Of a DNA stretch of 32,000 bases, positions 27,426 through 32,000 are shown piece by piece. The notes under the pieces were generated by a model, which saw nothing but the letters and a program-made list of their open reading frames with translations, was not told the origin of the DNA and did not search any database. Both the position numbers and the translations under genes were made by a program. Source of the stretch: Synechocystis sp. PCC 6803 substr. PCC-P (GTDB lineage: Bacteria > Cyanobacteriota > Cyanobacteriia > Cyanobacteriales > Microcystaceae). Position 1 is the stretch's first letter. Every line of letters begins with the position of its first letter. The stretch is taken from assembly GCF_000284455.1 (NCBI RefSeq), contig NC_017039.1, positions 1,860,001 to 1,892,000 on the forward strand, in the 5' to 3' direction.

Positions 27426-27806
27426 TCAAATTTCCATTGCCTGATAAGTATAAAACTGCTTCATTACCCCAATGGTTTGAAACTCATAGGTAGGAAAAGG
27501 ATCCGGCAGAGATAATGTGGTTTGGTAAATACTAAACAACAAAAAATTTTGCTGATTAGTAGTTTGGGCGATGATTTGTTTAATTTGTGGTTGTCCTGCA
27601 TCCACCAAGGTTTTGCAATAACTCTGCACGAAGCCGCCAAAATCCGCAGGCGCTTTGGGACAAATCTCGGTTTTTAGATAGGTACTGAGGGTTTCCACTG
27701 CGTAGTCTTCATAGTCAGGCTTGCCCGGATTGCCGATCGCCATCAGAGCACCACTGGCCAATACCATCACCCCTCCGATCGCCCCAAACACCGATAGCAT
27801 TCTCAT
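27426..27806 (-). CDS. Small exported/membrane-anchored hypothetical protein (DUF4359-like)
   Basis: MRMLSVFGAIGGVMVLASGALMAIGNPGKPDYEDYAVETLSTYLKTEICPK. Start overlaps the upstream stop in TGATG. Confidence 0.6.
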   Translation of the reverse strand: MRMLSVFGAIGGVMVLASGALMAIGNPGKPDYEDYAVETLSTYLKTEICPKAPADFGGFVQSYCKTLVDAGQPQIKQIIAQTTNQQNFLLFSIYQTTLSLPDPFPTYEFQTIGVMKQFYTYQAMEI

Positions 27807-28768
27807 CAGGGATGTACACTCCCATCGGGCATAATTGTTTTTGCCAAGTTTATGCCGCTAATGTGACTATTTTGAAAATTGACATTACGTAGGTCTGCCC
27901 CCCGTAAACAGGCATCGATTAAATTGGCGCCCCGGAGTATGGCCCCGGCCAATAAAGCTTTTTCCATCAAAGCATACTCAAAATTAGCATTCTGGAAATT
28001 AGCTCCCTGGAAAATAGTGCCCCGCAGGGCGCAACCGGCACAGTTAATCTGCTCCTTGTTGGGGAGAGCTTTAAGATGAATTTCCGATAGATTAATCAAA
28101 CTGAGGTTAACTTCCTTCATCAATGCCCTGCCTAAATTCGCTCCTTTCAAATTAGCTTGACTGAGGTCTGCTCCCTGCAGAAAAGCCTCCTCCACTGTGC
28201 CATGACGTAATTGGGCTTGACTTAGATTCACCTTATACAAATTGGCATGGTCAAAGTTGGCTTTGCGAAAATCGGCCCCACTCAAATCTGCCCGACTGAA
28301 ATTAGCCTCTGCCAGATCAACTCGTGTGAGATCGGCCCCACTCAAATCCGCTCGACTGAAATTAACTGCTTCTAGGATTGCTCCCTGGCAATCGGTTTCC
28401 GCCAAGTTAGCCCCTTCTAAATTTGTCCGTATTAACCGGGCTTGCTTGAGCTTGGCATAGGCCAAATTGGCTCCACTGAGGTCACAATCGGTTAGGTCCG
28501 CCCAACTGAGATCTGAATAGCTTAAATCTATGCCAGTCAGGTCTGACCCGACAAATTTCACTCCCATCAAACGGGCATGGCTTAGGTTAGTACGCCGTAG
28601 CTGGGCTTCAGATAAATTACTGCCGCTGAAGTTGCCATATGCGAGCAGGGCCCGGTTGAGGATAATGCCCACTAGATCGGACTGGATTAAATCGGCATGA
28701 TGTAGTTCAATGCGGCTGAAATCCCTAGTGCCCTGGCCATATTGCCAAAGAAGTTGCTCAGTTTCCAT
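27806..28768 (-). CDS. Pentapeptide-repeat protein
   Basis: Tandem A(D/N)LXX repeats throughout, e.g. LSGANLAYAKLKQARLIRTNLEGANLAETDCQGAILEAVNFSRADLSGADLTRVDLAEANFSRADLSGADF. Confidence 0.95.
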   Translation of the reverse strand: METEQLLWQYGQGTRDFSRIELHHADLIQSDLVGIILNRALLAYGNFSGSNLSEAQLRRTNLSHARLMGVKFVGSDLTGIDLSYSDLSWADLTDCDLSGANLAYAKLKQARLIRTNLEGANLAETDCQGAILEAVNFSRADLSGADLTRVDLAEANFSRADLSGADFRKANFDHANLYKVNLSQAQLRHGTVEEAFLQGADLSQANLKGANLGRALMKEVNLSLINLSEIHLKALPNKEQINCAGCALRGTIFQGANFQNANFEYALMEKALLAGAILRGANLIDACLRGADLRNVNFQNSHISGINLAKTIMPDGSVHP

Positions 28769-28899
28769 TGTGTCCTGACGGTGGTGGGAGGGGAGAGCAA
28801 AGCGGTGTGTTCTGACGACCAGACATAAACCAACTCTGTGGGCATTGTGCCCAAAAAAGCTGACTTACCAACACACCCAACGGAAAAAAGCAATAGGTT

Positions 28900-31159
<2,260 letters not shown>

Positions 31160-31240
31160 CTACAAAGTGCGCTTAAATCCCCGCCCATTTTACCGGAGAT
31201 ACCAGCCAATAACTAAACCTAACCTCCAATTGAGTACTGC

Positions 31241-31486
31241 CTAACTTGCTAGCAAGATTGGTTGATCGTGTAAAGCCATTAATTTTTCTCTGGGAACCGC
31301 CAACATGGCATAAGCCTGACCATCTCCGTCGGCAAACTCGACTTCAAAAGCTTCCCCTCCCCCCAGGATCTCAATAATTGTCCCAACTTGTCCCTGACGC
31401 AATAGAATTGGCTGGCTTGTCAGAAAAAGCTTGGCAGTAATATCTTCTTTTAACGCCACAAGACTATGTAGTTGAAGGTTGTCCAT
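31241..31486 (-). CDS. DUF4926-like small protein (possible immunity/antitoxin partner)
   Basis: MDNLQLHSLVALKEDITAKLFLTSQPILLRQGQVGTIIEILGGGEAFEVEFADGDGQAYAMLAVPREKL. The GQVGTIIEI...EAFEVEF core is typical of DUF4926. ATG at 31486 has AGGAAA upstream. Confidence 0.7.
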   Translation of the reverse strand: MDNLQLHSLVALKEDITAKLFLTSQPILLRQGQVGTIIEILGGGEAFEVEFADGDGQAYAMLAVPREKLMALHDQPILLAS

Positions 31487-31505
31487 AAGTGTAATTTCCT
31501 TGATG

Positions 31506-31853
31506 CTAATTGCGAATGGGATAAACATTGGTTAGTCGAGGATAGGTCTCCCCGGGGCGGATTATCCAAGCACTAAGTACTTTCGCTGTTCCAGTGGTAG
31601 TGGTCATGGGAAAAACAGCCACATAACGTTCTCCGTACTGGTCAGAATCTGTCAATTCAAAATTTTGATAATGAGCGGCTACTTTTCTGAGCCTAGTAAT
31701 AAGAAAGTCTTGGTTATCTATTGTTATACCCAATTTAGCTCGAAAAAGTCTAGCTTTATGTTTGCCATTAGGATGGTTTAGGTTAAGGGAATAGGTCTGT
31801 AGTTTATCAGTTATTTGCTTCACATCAGCTTGGTTTCCGTAGGGCAATTTCAT
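31506..31853 (-). CDS. DUF6883-like small protein (domain resembling C-terminal domains of polymorphic toxins)
   Basis: YSLNLNHPNGKHKARLFRAKLGITIDNQDFLITRLRK...YGERYVAVFPMTTTTGTAKVLSAWIIRPGETYPRLTNVYPI. LNxxHPxGxxKAxxF start and YGxRYxVxxPxxxxxGxxxxVxxxWIxxPGxxxPRLxxxYP end. Confidence 0.6.
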   Translation of the reverse strand: MKLPYGNQADVKQITDKLQTYSLNLNHPNGKHKARLFRAKLGITIDNQDFLITRLRKVAAHYQNFELTDSDQYGERYVAVFPMTTTTGTAKVLSAWIIRPGETYPRLTNVYPIRN

Positions 31854-31945
31854 AACTTAGATTAAAAATATCCCAGAACTTAATTCAGGATAGATGTTAC
31901 AGCATCGATTAGTATGATCATAGGTTTTTCCTCAGGGGTTTTGCC

Positions 31946-32000
31946 ATGACCGATCGCCTTTCCTATTTGCTTTCCTGGCTCCGACAACGGACGGAATTAG
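31946..32000 (+). CDS. Start of a further + strand gene (MTDRLSYLLSWLRQRTEL...), truncated by window end
   Basis: ATG at 31946 opens a frame that stays open to the window end. Too short to identify. Confidence 0.35.
   Translation, partial: MTDRLSYLLSWLRQRTEL

Noticed and set aside
27879-28460. Plus-strand ORFs with repetitive K/S/A/P residues and internal repeats in the pentapeptide region
   Set aside because: The apparent protein repeats are the reverse complement of the genuine pentapeptide repeat coding sequence.

Overview
The window looks like a piece of a unicellular cyanobacterial chromosome. Gene content and order match what I remember of Synechocystis sp. PCC 6803, but I ran no database search. 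Most of it is core genome: the tail of a gamma-glutamyltranspeptidase, a TolC-like outer-membrane factor, a WecG/TagA glycosyltransferase, an SLH-domain protein, the pilMNOQ type IV pilus cluster, two FkbM methyltransferases, tilS, thrC, ndhC-ndhK-ndhJ, a sensor histidine kinase, a serine beta-lactamase/PBP4-like protein, a DUF3326 protein, a CPBP protease, an AI-2E/PerM-type permease, a pentapeptide-repeat protein, leuD and pyrG. Accessory or regulatory content includes an IS630/Tc1-mariner element with visible inverted ends and a -1 frame interruption in its transposase, a multidomain GGDEF protein, a Crp-family regulator, and a two-gene DUF6883/DUF4926 cassette resembling a toxin/immunity pair. 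I found no CRISPR array, rRNA or recognisable tRNA. The best candidates for undescribed biology are a structured, terminator-ended non-coding region at about 25.86-26.16 kb, the DUF6883/DUF4926 cassette at 31.2-31.85 kb, and a 16-bp perfect palindrome just upstream of a 17-codon ORF in an unusually long intergenic gap (19.7-20.9 kb).
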